DNA from: Mycobacteriales bacterium
Lineage (GTDB): Bacteria; Actinomycetota; Actinomycetes; Mycobacteriales; QHCA01
Length of the DNA: 45,432 nucleotides
Assembly (NCBI GenBank): GCA_049698415.1
Contig: JBAVXU010000110.1
Coordinates: 1 to 45,432, forward strand
Reading direction: 5' to 3'
Below, piece by piece: positions 23,683 to 33,287 of this stretch. The position numbers and the translations under genes are program-made. The number at the start of each line of letters is the position of its first letter. Position 1 is the first letter of the stretch. A model generated the notes under the pieces. The model had not been told where the DNA came from, searched no databases, and saw only the letters and a list, made by a program, of their open reading frames with translations.

Positions 23683-24117
23683 GTGCCCACGATCCTGCTC
23701 GACACCGTCGCCATCGTCGTCGTCGGCTCGGTCTGGCTCGTTGTCGCGTTCGCGTTCCGCCGCTGGCTGCTAGCCCGCGGCGGCGGCACGGTCGAGATGT
23801 GCCTGCGGCTACGCCTGGGCAAGCGCGGCCGCGGGTGGGTCCTGGGCACCGGGAGGTACGTCGGTGACGACCTGCAGTGGTTCCGGGTGTTCAGCCTCGC
23901 CCCTCACCCGCGGCGCACCCTCTCGCGCCGGGGGCTGCGCGTCGGGCAGCGACGCACGCCCTCGGGTCAGGAGCGGTTGGCCTTGCAGTCGGGCATGGTC
24001 ATCCTCGAGTGCGAGGCGACGGACGGCCCGGTGCAGATCGCGATCGGTCAGGTCGCCCTGAACGGATTCCTGTCCTGGCTCGAAGCCGCCGCCTCCGGCC
24101 CGGTGGTCGGCGACTGA
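23683..24117 (+). CDS. DUF2550-family membrane-anchored protein
   Basis: N-terminal TM helix. It occupies the conserved position immediately after atpC, as in other Actinomycetota (the Rv1312 position in M. tuberculosis). Confidence 0.8.
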   Translation: MPTILLDTVAIVVVGSVWLVVAFAFRRWLLARGGGTVEMCLRLRLGKRGRGWVLGTGRYVGDDLQWFRVFSLAPHPRRTLSRRGLRVGQRRTPSGQERLALQSGMVILECEATDGPVQIAIGQVALNGFLSWLEAAASGPVVGD

Positions 24118-24127
24118 TCGCATAGAG

Positions 24128-24150
24128 CGCCCGACGTCAGCCCTCGGGCG
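24128..24150. terminator. hairpin between convergent genes (candidate bidirectional terminator)
   Basis: CGCCCGA (24128-24134) pairs with TCGGGCG (24144-24150) across a 9-nt loop, between the stops at 24117 and 24154. Confidence 0.35.
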
Positions 24151-24153
24151 TCG

Positions 24154-24738
24154 TCAGCCTTGCGTCGCGTCGGCCCCGCCCGGGCGCCACAGGACATCGC
24201 CGCCGGGGTTGGCCACCCGCGCCAGGATGAACAGCAGGTCCGAGAGCCGGTTGAGATAGAGCAGCGCAGTGCGGTTGGTGTGCGCCGCATCCGCCTCGAA
24301 CAGCGCCCAGGTGCTGCGCTCGGCGCGACGGGCGACGGTGCGTGCGACATGCAGCAGAGCCGCACCGGGGGTGCCCCCGGGCAGGATGAAGCTGTCGAGC
24401 TTGGTCAGTCGCTCGTTGAAGCGATCACATGCCTGCTCGAGCCGCTCGACGTACTCGTCGGTGATCCGCAGCGGTTGGTAGGGCGGGTTCTCGACGACCG
24501 GGGTGCACAGGTCGGCGCCCACGTCGAACAGGTCGTTCTGCACCTGACGGAGCACGGCGGCCACGTCCGGTGGCAGCTGGCCCAGTGCGATGGCCACGCC
24601 GACTGCCGCGTTGGTCTCATCGACGTCGGCGAAGGCGCCGATCCGTGGGTGGGTCTTGTCCACCCGGCTCATGTCGCCGAGGGCGGTTGTCCCGTCATCG
24701 CCGGTTTTGGTGTAGATCCGAGTCAGGTGAACGGCCAT
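24154..24738 (-). CDS. PduO-type ATP:cob(I)alamin adenosyltransferase
   Basis: N-terminal [11 protein letters not shown] motif. Divergent from murA, as in mycobacteria. Confidence 0.92.
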   Translation of the reverse strand: MAVHLTRIYTKTGDDGTTALGDMSRVDKTHPRIGAFADVDETNAAVGVAIALGQLPPDVAAVLRQVQNDLFDVGADLCTPVVENPPYQPLRITDEYVERLEQACDRFNERLTKLDSFILPGGTPGAALLHVARTVARRAERSTWALFEADAAHTNRTALLYLNRLSDLLFILARVANPGGDVLWRPGGADATQG

Positions 24739-24776
24739 GGGCTCAGCCTACGGGGAGCGCCCCGTACGATTCCCTG

Positions 24777-26063
24777 GTGGAGCTCTTCCGGATCGCCGGC
24801 GGCACTCGCCTGGTCGGAGACATCCCCGTCACCGGCGCCAAGAACAGCGTTCTCAAGTTGATGGCCGCGGCCCTTCTCGCCGAAGGTCGCACGGTCCTCA
24901 CCAGCGCGCCGCAGATCCTCGACGTCGCGATCATGGCCGAGGTGCTGCGGCGGCTCGGCTGTGACGTGACCATGGACGGCGGCACGGTCACCATCGACTG
25001 TCCGGAGAAGCTGGGCTCCGAGGCGGACTACGACCTCGTCCGCCGGATGCGCGCGTCGATCTGCGTGCTCGGCCCGCTGCTCGCACGTACCGGCGAGGCC
25101 AAGGTCGCGCTGCCGGGTGGTGACAACATCGGGTCCCGCGGGCTCGACATGCACATCTTCGGGCTGACCCGGCTGGGCGCGGATGTGACCAGCGAGCACG
25201 GGTTCGTGATCGCCCGGGCCGGCCAGTTGACCGGTACGACCGTCTGGCTCGACTTCCCGAGCGTCGGCGCCACCGAGCAGATCCTGATGGCCTCGGTGCT
25301 CGCCAAGGGCACCACGGTCATCGACAACGCGGCCCGCGAGCCCGAGATCGTCGACATCTGCACCCTGCTCACCGAGATGGGGGCGCAGATCTCCGGCGCG
25401 GGCACATCGACCCTCGAGATCGAGGGCGTCGAGTCCCTGCACCCCGCAACCCACGAGACGATGCCCGACCGCATTGTTGCCGGCACCTGGGCGATCGCCG
25501 CGGTGATGACACAGGGCGACATCACGGTCCGCGGCGCGCAGATGCGGCACCTGGAGATCACCCTCGACAAGCTGGTCACAACCGGCGCCTCCGTCGAGCC
25601 GTTGCTGGGAGCCCCGGGCTTCCGGGTCACGATGGACCGGCGCCCCCGGGCGGTGGACGTGGTGACCCTGCCCTATCCGGGATTCCCGTCCGACCTGCTG
25701 CCGATGGCGATCGCGCTGGGCGCCGTGTCCGACGGCGCCTCGATGGTCACCGAGAACGTCTTCGACAGCCGGTTCATGTTCGTCAACGAGTTGACCAGGC
25801 TGGGTGCCGACGTGCGCACCGACGGCCATCACGCGGTCGTACGAGGACGCGAGCGCCTCTCGGGTGCGCCGGTGCGCGCCACCGACATCCGAGCCGGAGC
25901 AGGCCTGGTCCTTGCCGCGCTGTGTGCCGACGGGCAGACCGACATCTCCGACGTCGCGCACATCGACCGCGGATATCCGAACTTCGTCGAGAGCCTGCGC
26001 CGGCTGAGCGCCGACATCAGCCGCCTCGATGTGCCGGAGTTCGACTTCCCCCTCTCGTTCTAG
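24777..26063 (+). CDS. murA: UDP-N-acetylglucosamine 1-carboxyvinyltransferase (Asp-type active-site loop)
   Basis: [12 protein letters not shown]. The loop [13 protein letters not shown] has Asp where E. coli has Cys115. Start trimmed to the GTG at 24777; the computed ORF from 24570 overlaps the divergent gene. Confidence 0.95.
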   Translation: MELFRIAGGTRLVGDIPVTGAKNSVLKLMAAALLAEGRTVLTSAPQILDVAIMAEVLRRLGCDVTMDGGTVTIDCPEKLGSEADYDLVRRMRASICVLGPLLARTGEAKVALPGGDNIGSRGLDMHIFGLTRLGADVTSEHGFVIARAGQLTGTTVWLDFPSVGATEQILMASVLAKGTTVIDNAAREPEIVDICTLLTEMGAQISGAGTSTLEIEGVESLHPATHETMPDRIVAGTWAIAAVMTQGDITVRGAQMRHLEITLDKLVTTGASVEPLLGAPGFRVTMDRRPRAVDVVTLPYPGFPSDLLPMAIALGAVSDGASMVTENVFDSRFMFVNELTRLGADVRTDGHHAVVRGRERLSGAPVRATDIRAGAGLVLAALCADGQTDISDVAHIDRGYPNFVESLRRLSADISRLDVPEFDFPLSF

Positions 26064-26095
26064 AACATCCACCAGCAGGTCGACGAAGGAGCAAC

Positions 26096-26950
26096 GTGGC
26101 AGGAAAACTCGCGGTCATCGGTGCCGGGCTGATGGGCTCCGGCATTGCCCAGGTCGCCGCCGCGGCGGGCTGGCAGGTGACGTTGCGCGACCTCGACGAC
26201 GCAGCGGTGCAACGCGGCATGAACTCGATCGGGCATTCCTTCGGCCGTTTCGTCGCCAAGGACAGGATGACGGCTGCCGACGTCGAGGCGGCCATGGCGC
26301 GGATCACCCCGACCACCGACCTGCTCGCCGCGGCCGATGCCGATGTCGTGGTCGAGGCGGTGTTCGAGTCGATCGACGTCAAGCACGAACTCTTCGCCTC
26401 GCTGGACAAGATCTGCCGAGGTGACGCGGTCCTGGCGACCAACACCAGTGCCATCCCGATCACGGCGATCGCCGCTGTGACCTCACGCCCGGAGAGCGTC
26501 GTGGGCACCCACTTCTTCTCGCCGGTGCCGATGATGAAGCTGTGCGAGCTCGTACGTGGCTACAAGACCTCTGACGAGACCCTCGCCACCGCCAGGCAGT
26601 TCGCCGAGAGCATCGGCAAGACCTGCATCGTGGTCAACCGCGACGTCGCCGGTTTCGTGACCACCCGGCTGGTGGCCGCGATGGCCAACGAAGCGGCTCG
26701 GCTGGTCGAGAGCGGGGTCGCCACCGCGGAGGACGTCGACACCGCCTGTCAGCTCGGTTTCGGCCATCCGATGGGGCCGCTGCGGACCATGGATCTCACC
26801 GGCATCGACGTCATGGTCAACGCGACCAACAACATCTACGCCGACACCCGCGAAGCGAAGTTCGCACCTCCGGAGTTGTTGGTCCGGATGGTCGCCGCCG
26901 GGGAGTTGGGACGGAAGTCCGGCAAGGGGTTCTACGACTACGACAACTGA
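26096..26950 (+). CDS. 3-hydroxybutyryl/3-hydroxyacyl-CoA dehydrogenase
   Basis: Rossmann motif AVIGAGLMGSGIAQ, NTSAIPIT, and C-terminal GRKSGKGFYDY. GTG at 26096 after GAAGGA. Confidence 0.9.
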   Translation: MAGKLAVIGAGLMGSGIAQVAAAAGWQVTLRDLDDAAVQRGMNSIGHSFGRFVAKDRMTAADVEAAMARITPTTDLLAAADADVVVEAVFESIDVKHELFASLDKICRGDAVLATNTSAIPITAIAAVTSRPESVVGTHFFSPVPMMKLCELVRGYKTSDETLATARQFAESIGKTCIVVNRDVAGFVTTRLVAAMANEAARLVESGVATAEDVDTACQLGFGHPMGPLRTMDLTGIDVMVNATNNIYADTREAKFAPPELLVRMVAAGELGRKSGKGFYDYDN

Positions 26951-26961
26951 CGGCGCGCGGC

Positions 26962-27600
26962 TCAGCGGCCGGGGGAGGGCAGCACACCGCGCTCCATGGC
27001 CACGGTGACCGCGGCCGTACGATCGTCGACCCCGAGCTTGGCGAAGATGCGCAGCAGGTGGGTCTTGACCGTCGCCTCGCCGATATAGAGCGCCTGGCCG
27101 ACCTCGGCGTTGGTCCGGCCGCGCGCCACCTCGGCGAGCACCTGGACCTCACGGGCGGTGAGTGACTCCACCGGCCCGCTGCGCATGCTGGTGAACAACC
27201 GTGCCGCCACCGGCGGGGCTAGCACGGTCTCACCGCGCGCCGCCGCGCGTAGCGCTGCCGCCAACTCCTCCCGCGGGGTGTCCTTGAGCAGGTAACCCGC
27301 GGCTCCGGCCTCGACGGCGCGCAGGATGTCGGCGTCGCGGTCGTAGGTCGTGAGGATCACGACGCGGACCTCCGGGTGCTCGCTGGTGATCCGCCCGGTC
27401 GAGGCCGCGCCGTCGAGTCCGGGCATCTGCAGGTCCATCAGCACCACGTCGGGGTTCACCTGGCTGATGAGTTCGAGCGCTTCCTCACCTGAGGCCGCCT
27501 CACCGACCACCTCGAGGGTCGGGTCCGTCGACAGCATGCCGCGCAGGCCTTCGCGCACGACCGGGTGGTCGTCGACGATCAGCACCCGTACGACGCTCAC
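26962..27600 (-). CDS. NarL/LuxR-family response regulator
   Basis: Receiver domain LIVDDHPVV...DVVLMDLQMPGLDG. C-terminal HTH LTAREVQVLAEVARGRTNAEVGQALYIGEATVKTHL. GTGA overlap with the kinase. Confidence 0.92.
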   Translation of the reverse strand: MSVVRVLIVDDHPVVREGLRGMLSTDPTLEVVGEAASGEEALELISQVNPDVVLMDLQMPGLDGAASTGRITSEHPEVRVVILTTYDRDADILRAVEAGAAGYLLKDTPREELAAALRAAARGETVLAPPVAARLFTSMRSGPVESLTAREVQVLAEVARGRTNAEVGQALYIGEATVKTHLLRIFAKLGVDDRTAAVTVAMERGVLPSPGR

Positions 27601-28775
27601 GGCAGAGTCACCCCCACCAGGGTGCCCTGGCCCGGGGCACTCTCCAGCAGGACGTCCCCGCCCGCCTGTTCGACCCTGGCTCTGATGCCCTGCAGCCCGA
27701 AGCCTTCGGCGGTGGCAGGCACGAAGCCACGGCCATCATCACGTACTCGCACCGACACGCTCTCGTCCACAAACGACAAGCTAACCGTGACCTCACTGGC
27801 CTGCGCATGCTTGCGTACGTTGTTGAGCGCCTCCTGCGCGACCCGCAGCAGCACGACTTCGGTGCCGCGGGGCAGTGGGCGCGACTCACCGGTCACGCTC
27901 AGGCTGCACGAGACACCTGTCTCGGCACCGAAGTTGTCGGTGAGCCGGGTCAGAGCCTCGACCAGCGGCGCAGACTGGAGTGAGGTGGGCCCGAGCTCGG
28001 TGACCAGCGAGCGTGCCTCGTCGAGGTTCTCGCGGGCGGTGCGCTCGATCGAGTCCAGGGACCGACGGAGTTCGTCGTCGGACCGGCCCACCTGGGCGGC
28101 GGCTGCCTGGCCGAGCATGACGATGCTGGTGAACCCCTGGGCCAACGTGTCGTGGATCTCGAGCGCCAGTCGTTGCCGCTCGGCGGCAGCACCTGCGGCG
28201 TGGTGCGCGATCGCGAGTTCCTCGCGGGCCGAGCGCAACTCCTCGATGAGCTGCCGGCGGTTCTTGCTCTGCCTGATGATTCCGCTGATCCAGGCGCCGA
28301 AGACGCCGGCGAACACCAGCGAGACAAGTCCGCCGCCCAGAGCCGCAGCACTGCCCGCTGTGCTCCAGTGGCTCTGTGCGGCGTTGATCACGCCGATGCC
28401 CAGCGACAGCACCGCCGCGGCGAATATCGCCAGGCGCAGGTCATCGAGGTAGGTGAACATCTGCGGATAGACGATGAACAACAGGAGTGCCATAGCCGGG
28501 TGCGCGGCGAAGCCGGCCAGGACGAGCACTACGGTGACGGTCGCCGCAAGCATTGCGCGGTGCCGGTTCTGGGCGCCGAGATGGCGAGCGCCGAACCCGG
28601 CGTACCACGCCGCGAGGGCCAACACGCAAGCGCCGGCGACTAGGCGTCTACTGGTGCTCGGGCCGGTGCTGTCGAACGCGATCCCGGTGAGGGCGAGCAC
28701 GGCGAGCACGCCGAAAAAGATGTGCCATCCGCTGCGATAACGCTCCCAGACGTCCTGCTCGGTAGCCGGTGTCAT
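27597..28775 (-). CDS. HisKA_3-type sensor histidine kinase (polytopic, no large extracytoplasmic domain)
   Basis: H-box LALEIHDTLAQG, N-box EALNNVRKHA, DDGRGF and GFGLQGI. Start set at the ATG at 28775 (ATGA overlap with the permease stop); the longer computed ORF overlaps the permease. Confidence 0.9.
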   Translation of the reverse strand: MTPATEQDVWERYRSGWHIFFGVLAVLALTGIAFDSTGPSTSRRLVAGACVLALAAWYAGFGARHLGAQNRHRAMLAATVTVVLVLAGFAAHPAMALLLFIVYPQMFTYLDDLRLAIFAAAVLSLGIGVINAAQSHWSTAGSAAALGGGLVSLVFAGVFGAWISGIIRQSKNRRQLIEELRSAREELAIAHHAAGAAAERQRLALEIHDTLAQGFTSIVMLGQAAAAQVGRSDDELRRSLDSIERTARENLDEARSLVTELGPTSLQSAPLVEALTRLTDNFGAETGVSCSLSVTGESRPLPRGTEVVLLRVAQEALNNVRKHAQASEVTVSLSFVDESVSVRVRDDGRGFVPATAEGFGLQGIRARVEQAGGDVLLESAPGQGTLVGVTLP

Positions 28776-29617
28776 CCGTCGCGCCGGCCCCGCCACCGGA
28801 ACGTGCGCAGGCACAGCGCCAAGCCTCCGATGCACCACGCCGCCAGCACAATGGCGATCATCCCGTGCTCCCAGGACCCGGCCGGCTCCTGGCTGACGAA
28901 CGTGTCGGGCAGGAACACCGAGCGCAGCCCTTGGCACATCCACTTCAGCGGGAACACCGAGGAGATCTGCTGCAAACCGGCCGGGAGTTGGCTGAACGGG
29001 ATGTACACCCCGGAGATGAACTGCAGCAGGATGAACGGCGGGGTCACCACCGCCGCTGCGGCCCGGCCGCTGCGTGGCACGCTCGCCATCGCGATCCCGA
29101 GCAGCGAGCAGGCGACCAGCGCCAGCACGAACACCCAGCCGAAGGTGACCCACCGGGCAGCGCTGCTCGGCAGCTTGAGGCCGAAGGCCAGCGTGCCGAT
29201 CGTCAGCAGCAGGATCGTCTCGATCACGCCGGTCACGACCACGAGGACGACCTTGCCGACGAAGTACGAAGCGCGCGGCATCGGAGTCCCGGCCAGTCGC
29301 TTGAGGGTGCCGTCGTCGCGCTCGATCGCGATGCTGATGGCCAGGCTCTGGAAGCTGGTCGACATGATTCCGGACGCGATCATCCCGGCGATGAACACCT
29401 GGCGGACGTCGACGCCGGTGTTGCCGATCTCGCCGTGGAAGATCGAGGCGAACAGCACCATCAGGCCCACCGGGAACAGCAGGCTGAACACCACGGCGTC
29501 GCGTTCGCGCATGAACTGCCGGATCTCGATCGAACCGCGCCGCAAGCCGACCCCCACTACCGACGGCGCCCTCGGCGCCACCCTGGGCGCCCCCGCGACC
29601 GGTGTCGCGGCCGTCAC
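28772..29617 (-). CDS. ABC-2 type transporter permease
   Basis: 281 aa with about 6 TM segments. GTGA overlap with the ATPase gene. Confidence 0.87.
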   Translation of the reverse strand: MTAATPVAGAPRVAPRAPSVVGVGLRRGSIEIRQFMRERDAVVFSLLFPVGLMVLFASIFHGEIGNTGVDVRQVFIAGMIASGIMSTSFQSLAISIAIERDDGTLKRLAGTPMPRASYFVGKVVLVVVTGVIETILLLTIGTLAFGLKLPSSAARWVTFGWVFVLALVACSLLGIAMASVPRSGRAAAAVVTPPFILLQFISGVYIPFSQLPAGLQQISSVFPLKWMCQGLRSVFLPDTFVSQEPAGSWEHGMIAIVLAAWCIGGLALCLRTFRWRGRRDG

Positions 29618-30459
29618 GCCCGCTCTCCGATCATGTCCAAGTAGACGTCTTCGAGGGTCGGCCGCCGGACTATCAGGTCGGGGATCTCGCCGTCGAACCT
29701 GCCGGCCAGATCGGTGACCACCTGGGTGGGAGATACGGTCTGCACGGATTCGGTGCCCTGCGGACCGGTCCAGCTGACCGTTGCCCTGGCGCGATCGCGT
29801 CCGCCCAGGTGCGCGGGCGGTCCGACCGCCAGGATCTGCCCGTCCTTGACGACGCCGACCCGGTCGGCCAGGGCCTCCGCCTCCTCGAGGTAGTGCGTGG
29901 TCAGCACGATGGTGGTGTCCTCGTCGTTGAGCAACCGGATCAGCGACCAGAACTGCCGCCGGGCGGCGGGGTCGAATCCGGTGGTCGGCTCGTCGAGGAA
30001 GAGCAACTCGGGGCGGCCGAGGATGCCGAGGGCGACGTCGAGTCGCCGGCGCTGTCCGCCGGACAGTTGGCGGGTGCGCGCCTTGCGCTTCGCTGTCAGG
30101 CCGACCAGGTCGATCACCTCATCGGGATCGCGCGGGTCGGGGTAGTAGTGCGTGAAGTGCGCGACCATCTCCGCGACGGTGAGTTCGGCGGCGTCGTTGA
30201 CGCTCTGCAGCACGATGCCGATGCGGGCTCGCCAGGCGGCGCTGGGGTGACCGGGATCTGCTCCCAACACCGCCACCTCGCCCTGGTCGCGCGAGCGGTA
30301 GCCCTCGAGGATTTCCACGGTGGTGGTCTTGCCGGCCCCGTTCGGACCCAGAAGTGCAAAGACCTCGCCCCGCCGTACCTGCAGGTCGAGTCCGTCGACC
30401 GCGACCGTTTCGCGGTAGCTCTTGCGCAGCCCCCGCACCTCGATCGCGACGTCATCCAT
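29614..30459 (-). CDS. ABC transporter ATP-binding protein (DrrA-like)
   Basis: Walker A GPNGAGKTT, signature LSGGQRRR, Walker B LLFLDEPT. Confidence 0.93.
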   Translation of the reverse strand: MDDVAIEVRGLRKSYRETVAVDGLDLQVRRGEVFALLGPNGAGKTTTVEILEGYRSRDQGEVAVLGADPGHPSAAWRARIGIVLQSVNDAAELTVAEMVAHFTHYYPDPRDPDEVIDLVGLTAKRKARTRQLSGGQRRRLDVALGILGRPELLFLDEPTTGFDPAARRQFWSLIRLLNDEDTTIVLTTHYLEEAEALADRVGVVKDGQILAVGPPAHLGGRDRARATVSWTGPQGTESVQTVSPTQVVTDLAGRFDGEIPDLIVRRPTLEDVYLDMIGERA

Positions 30460-30656
30460 GGTTCGTACGGTGCCAGCCGAGATGAGAGCGCGCCAGAACT
30501 GCTCGGTTTAGGTGGTTATCCATCCTTCGGTGGACGACCCGGGACGTTCCCCTTGGCCAGGCCGCCGGTCGCCAGAAATTCGGTCGTTCCTCGGGTGCAA
30601 CCGTTCGTAGGCTTCTAGCGTCTATAGGTACGGGGAAGCGAACCCGGAGGTGGGCG

Positions 30657-30989
30657 ATGCGTCAGGCGACGGCACGGCGGCCCATCTGCGACGACGTCCT
30701 TGTCGTGGTGACCGGTCGCATCGACGGGTCCACGGTCTCTGCGTTGCGCGAAATCCTGCATGCAGCCGTCGACCGCGCCGAGGGACGCGTCGTGATCGAC
30801 GTGTCCGGAGTGGACACCATCGACGCCACGGGGCTCGGCATGCTGGTGGGCACCCACCGCCGGGCCGACGCCCTCGGTCACGTGGTGGTCCTGCGGGATG
30901 TGCCCGTACGCATGGCCAAGCTGCTTCGCGTCACCAAGGTCGATCGCGTCCTGCGCTCAGAGGTGCGGCTGCCCGTGGGCGCTGCCTGA
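30657..30989 (+). CDS. STAS-domain protein (anti-sigma-factor antagonist family)
   Basis: 110 aa with VVIDVSGVDTIDATGLGMLV (SpoIIAA-like D-x-[ST]-G-L-G, with Thr at the phosphorylatable position). GGAGG RBS. Confidence 0.85.
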   Translation: MRQATARRPICDDVLVVVTGRIDGSTVSALREILHAAVDRAEGRVVIDVSGVDTIDATGLGMLVGTHRRADALGHVVVLRDVPVRMAKLLRVTKVDRVLRSEVRLPVGAA

Positions 30990-31052
30990 GCGTATTACCC
31001 GCCGGTAGGCTCTGAGCCGTCGTCGTTGACGGGCGGCCCGAAGGAGGCTCCG

Positions 31053-33053
31053 GTGCCCTACCCATCTGCTCCCGGTGATCACGACCCGCCGTGGGTGATG
31101 CGCACCTACGCCGGTCACTCCTCCGCCCGGGAGTCCAACGAGTTGTTCCGGCGCAACATCGCCAAGGGCCAGACCGGCCTGTCGGTGGCCTTCGACCTGC
31201 CCACTCAGACGGGCTACGACCCGGACCACGAACTCGCCCGCGGTGAGGTGGGCAAGGTCGGAGTGCCGATCGCCCACGTCGGTGACCTGCGCGCGCTCTT
31301 CGACGAGATCCCGCTGGCCGAGACCAACACCTCGATGACGATCAACGCGACGGCGATGTGGCTGCTCGCGCTATATCAGGTGGTGGCGCAGGAGCAGGGT
31401 GCCGACGTCGCGGCGCTGACCGGCACCACCCAGAACGACATCATCAAGGAGTACCTCTCCCGGGGAACCTACGTCTTCCCGCCCGCGGCCTCGCTGCGCC
31501 TGGTCACCGACATGGTCGTGCACACGGTGACGCGGATACCGAAATGGAGCCCGATCAACATCTGCTCGTACCACCTGCAGGAGGCCGGCGCCACGCCGGT
31601 TCAGGAGGTGGCGTTCTCGCTGTGCAACGCGATGGCCGTGCTCGACTCGGTGCGCGACAGCGGCCAGATCGGCCCCGACGCGATGGGCGGGGTCGTCGCC
31701 CGCATCTCGTTCTTCGTCAACGCCGGGGTGCGTTTCGTCGAAGAGATGTGCAAGATGCGCGCCTTCGTCGAGTTGTGGGACGAGATCACCCAGCAGCGCT
31801 ACGGCGTCACCGACCCGCGGCAGCGCCGGTTCCGCTACGGCGTGCAGGTCAACTCCCTGGGGCTGACCGCCGCCCAGCCCGAGAACAACATCCAGCGCAT
31901 CGTGCTCGAGATGCTCGCGGTCACCCTCTCCCGCGACGCCCGGGCGCGGGCGGTGCAGCTGCCGGCATGGAACGAAGCGCTCGGGCTGCCCCGGCCCTGG
32001 GACCAGCAGTGGTCGTTGCGGCTGCAGCAGGTGCTCGCCTACGAAAGCGACCTGTTGGAATACGACGACCTGTTCACGGGATCGCCGGTCGTCGAGGCCA
32101 AGGTCGCCTCCATCGTCGAGGGCTCCCGGGCCGAGATCGACCGGGTGCAGGCGCTCGGTGGCGCGGTGCCGGCCGTCGAGAGCGGCTACATGAAGACCGA
32201 GTTGGTGCGCTCGCTCGCCGAGCGGCACCGCCGGATCGAGTCCGGCGAGGATGTCGTGATCGGCGTCAACAAGTTCACGACCTCCGAGCCCAACCCGCTG
32301 CTGGCCGACCTCGATGCCGCGATCCAGACCGTCGACCCGGCCGGTGAGCAGGCGGCGATCGACGCACTCGAGCGCTGGCGCGCAGAGCGCGACGCCACCG
32401 AGGTCGATGCCGCGCTCGGGGCGTTGCGCGATGCGGCCAAGACCGAGGGCAACCTGATGGAGGTGACGCTTCGGTGCGCTCGCGCCGGCGTCACGACGGG
32501 GGAGTGGGCGGGAGTCCTCCGCGACGTCTTCGGTGAGTACCGCGCCCCGACCGGAGTGTCCGGCACCGCCGTCGTCGGCGGTGACCCCGGTGAGCAGATC
32601 GCGGCCGTACGCCGGCGGGTCGCCGCGACCGGGCGTGACCTGGGCGTACGACTGAAGATGCTGGTGGGCAAGCCGGGCCTCGACGGGCATTCCAACGGTG
32701 CCGAGCAGGTCGCCGTCCGGGCCCGTGACGTCGGCTTCGAGGTGGTCTATCAGGGGATCCGGCTGACCCCGGCGGAGATCGTGGCCGCCGCGGTTCAGGA
32801 GGACGTGCACGTGGTGGGGCTCTCGGTGCTGTCCGGGTCGCACCTGGGCGTCGTCCCGGACGTGATCGACGGCCTACGCGCCGCCGGGATGGCTGACGTG
32901 CCGGTGATCGTCGGCGGCATCATCCCCGACCGCGATGCCGAGGTGCTGCGCGGACTCGGCGTGGCCCGGGTGTTCACCCCCAAGGACTACGAACTGACCG
33001 AGATCATGGACGACATCGTCGGTGTGATCCGCCAGGTGCACGGCCTCGATTGA
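31053..33053 (+). CDS. fused B12-dependent acyl-CoA mutase (methylmalonyl-CoA mutase family; MeaA/ethylmalonyl-CoA-mutase-like by motif)
   Basis: RTYAGHSS, GLSVAFDLPTQTGYD and TGTTQNDIIKEYLSRGTY motifs. C-terminal cobalamin-binding DxHxxG (LDGHSNG). GTG at 31053, 5 nt after AAGGAGG (the ORF is open from 31026). Confidence 0.92.
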   Translation: MPYPSAPGDHDPPWVMRTYAGHSSARESNELFRRNIAKGQTGLSVAFDLPTQTGYDPDHELARGEVGKVGVPIAHVGDLRALFDEIPLAETNTSMTINATAMWLLALYQVVAQEQGADVAALTGTTQNDIIKEYLSRGTYVFPPAASLRLVTDMVVHTVTRIPKWSPINICSYHLQEAGATPVQEVAFSLCNAMAVLDSVRDSGQIGPDAMGGVVARISFFVNAGVRFVEEMCKMRAFVELWDEITQQRYGVTDPRQRRFRYGVQVNSLGLTAAQPENNIQRIVLEMLAVTLSRDARARAVQLPAWNEALGLPRPWDQQWSLRLQQVLAYESDLLEYDDLFTGSPVVEAKVASIVEGSRAEIDRVQALGGAVPAVESGYMKTELVRSLAERHRRIESGEDVVIGVNKFTTSEPNPLLADLDAAIQTVDPAGEQAAIDALERWRAERDATEVDAALGALRDAAKTEGNLMEVTLRCARAGVTTGEWAGVLRDVFGEYRAPTGVSGTAVVGGDPGEQIAAVRRRVAATGRDLGVRLKMLVGKPGLDGHSNGAEQVAVRARDVGFEVVYQGIRLTPAEIVAAAVQEDVHVVGLSVLSGSHLGVVPDVIDGLRAAGMADVPVIVGGIIPDRDAEVLRGLGVARVFTPKDYELTEIMDDIVGVIRQVHGLD

Positions 33054-33080
33054 CCCAGCCGTGGTGGGCAGCCCGGCGGG

Positions 33081-33287
33081 TCAGCCGCCGCGCGAGTTGG
33101 TCAGCCGGAGCGCCATCGTCGGGCAGGCGGCGACGCTCGCCCGCGCGGCCGGCACGAGATCGGGGGGAAGTTCGGCGCCGTCGACGATGGGGAACCCCCA
33201 CTCGTCCGGCGATATCCGCTCGGGCAGCAACTCGCTGCACAGCCCCCGCCCGTCGCAGGCCACCCAGTTGACGCTGACGCTGCTCAT
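33081..33287 (-). CDS. small ferredoxin (3-Cys, 3Fe-4S-type pattern)
   Basis: 68 aa with ACDGRGLC...AACP (C-x2-R-x2-C...CP). ATGA overlap with the upstream gene. The computed ORF from 33560 is a 5' extension. Confidence 0.75.
   Translation of the reverse strand: MSSVSVNWVACDGRGLCSELLPERISPDEWGFPIVDGAELPPDLVPAARASVAACPTMALRLTNSRGG

Noticed and set aside
26064-26095. rRNA operon expected downstream of murA by analogy with mycobacteria.
   Set aside because: It is absent. murA is followed after 32 bp by a 3-hydroxyacyl-CoA dehydrogenase gene, and no 16S-like sequence occurs anywhere in the window.
30460-30656. Short repeats in the divergent ABC/STAS intergenic region (GGTGG x2, CGGTCG x2, and a GCAACCG string like the ArsR operator half-site).
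   Set aside because: The repeats are too short and degenerate to distinguish from chance in GC-rich DNA, and no inverted-repeat partner for GCAACCG is present.
30990-31052. Cobalamin riboswitch upstream of the B12-dependent mutase.
   Set aside because: The gap is only 63 bp, with no B12-box-like sequence. B12 riboswitches normally control uptake, synthesis or B12-independent isozymes.
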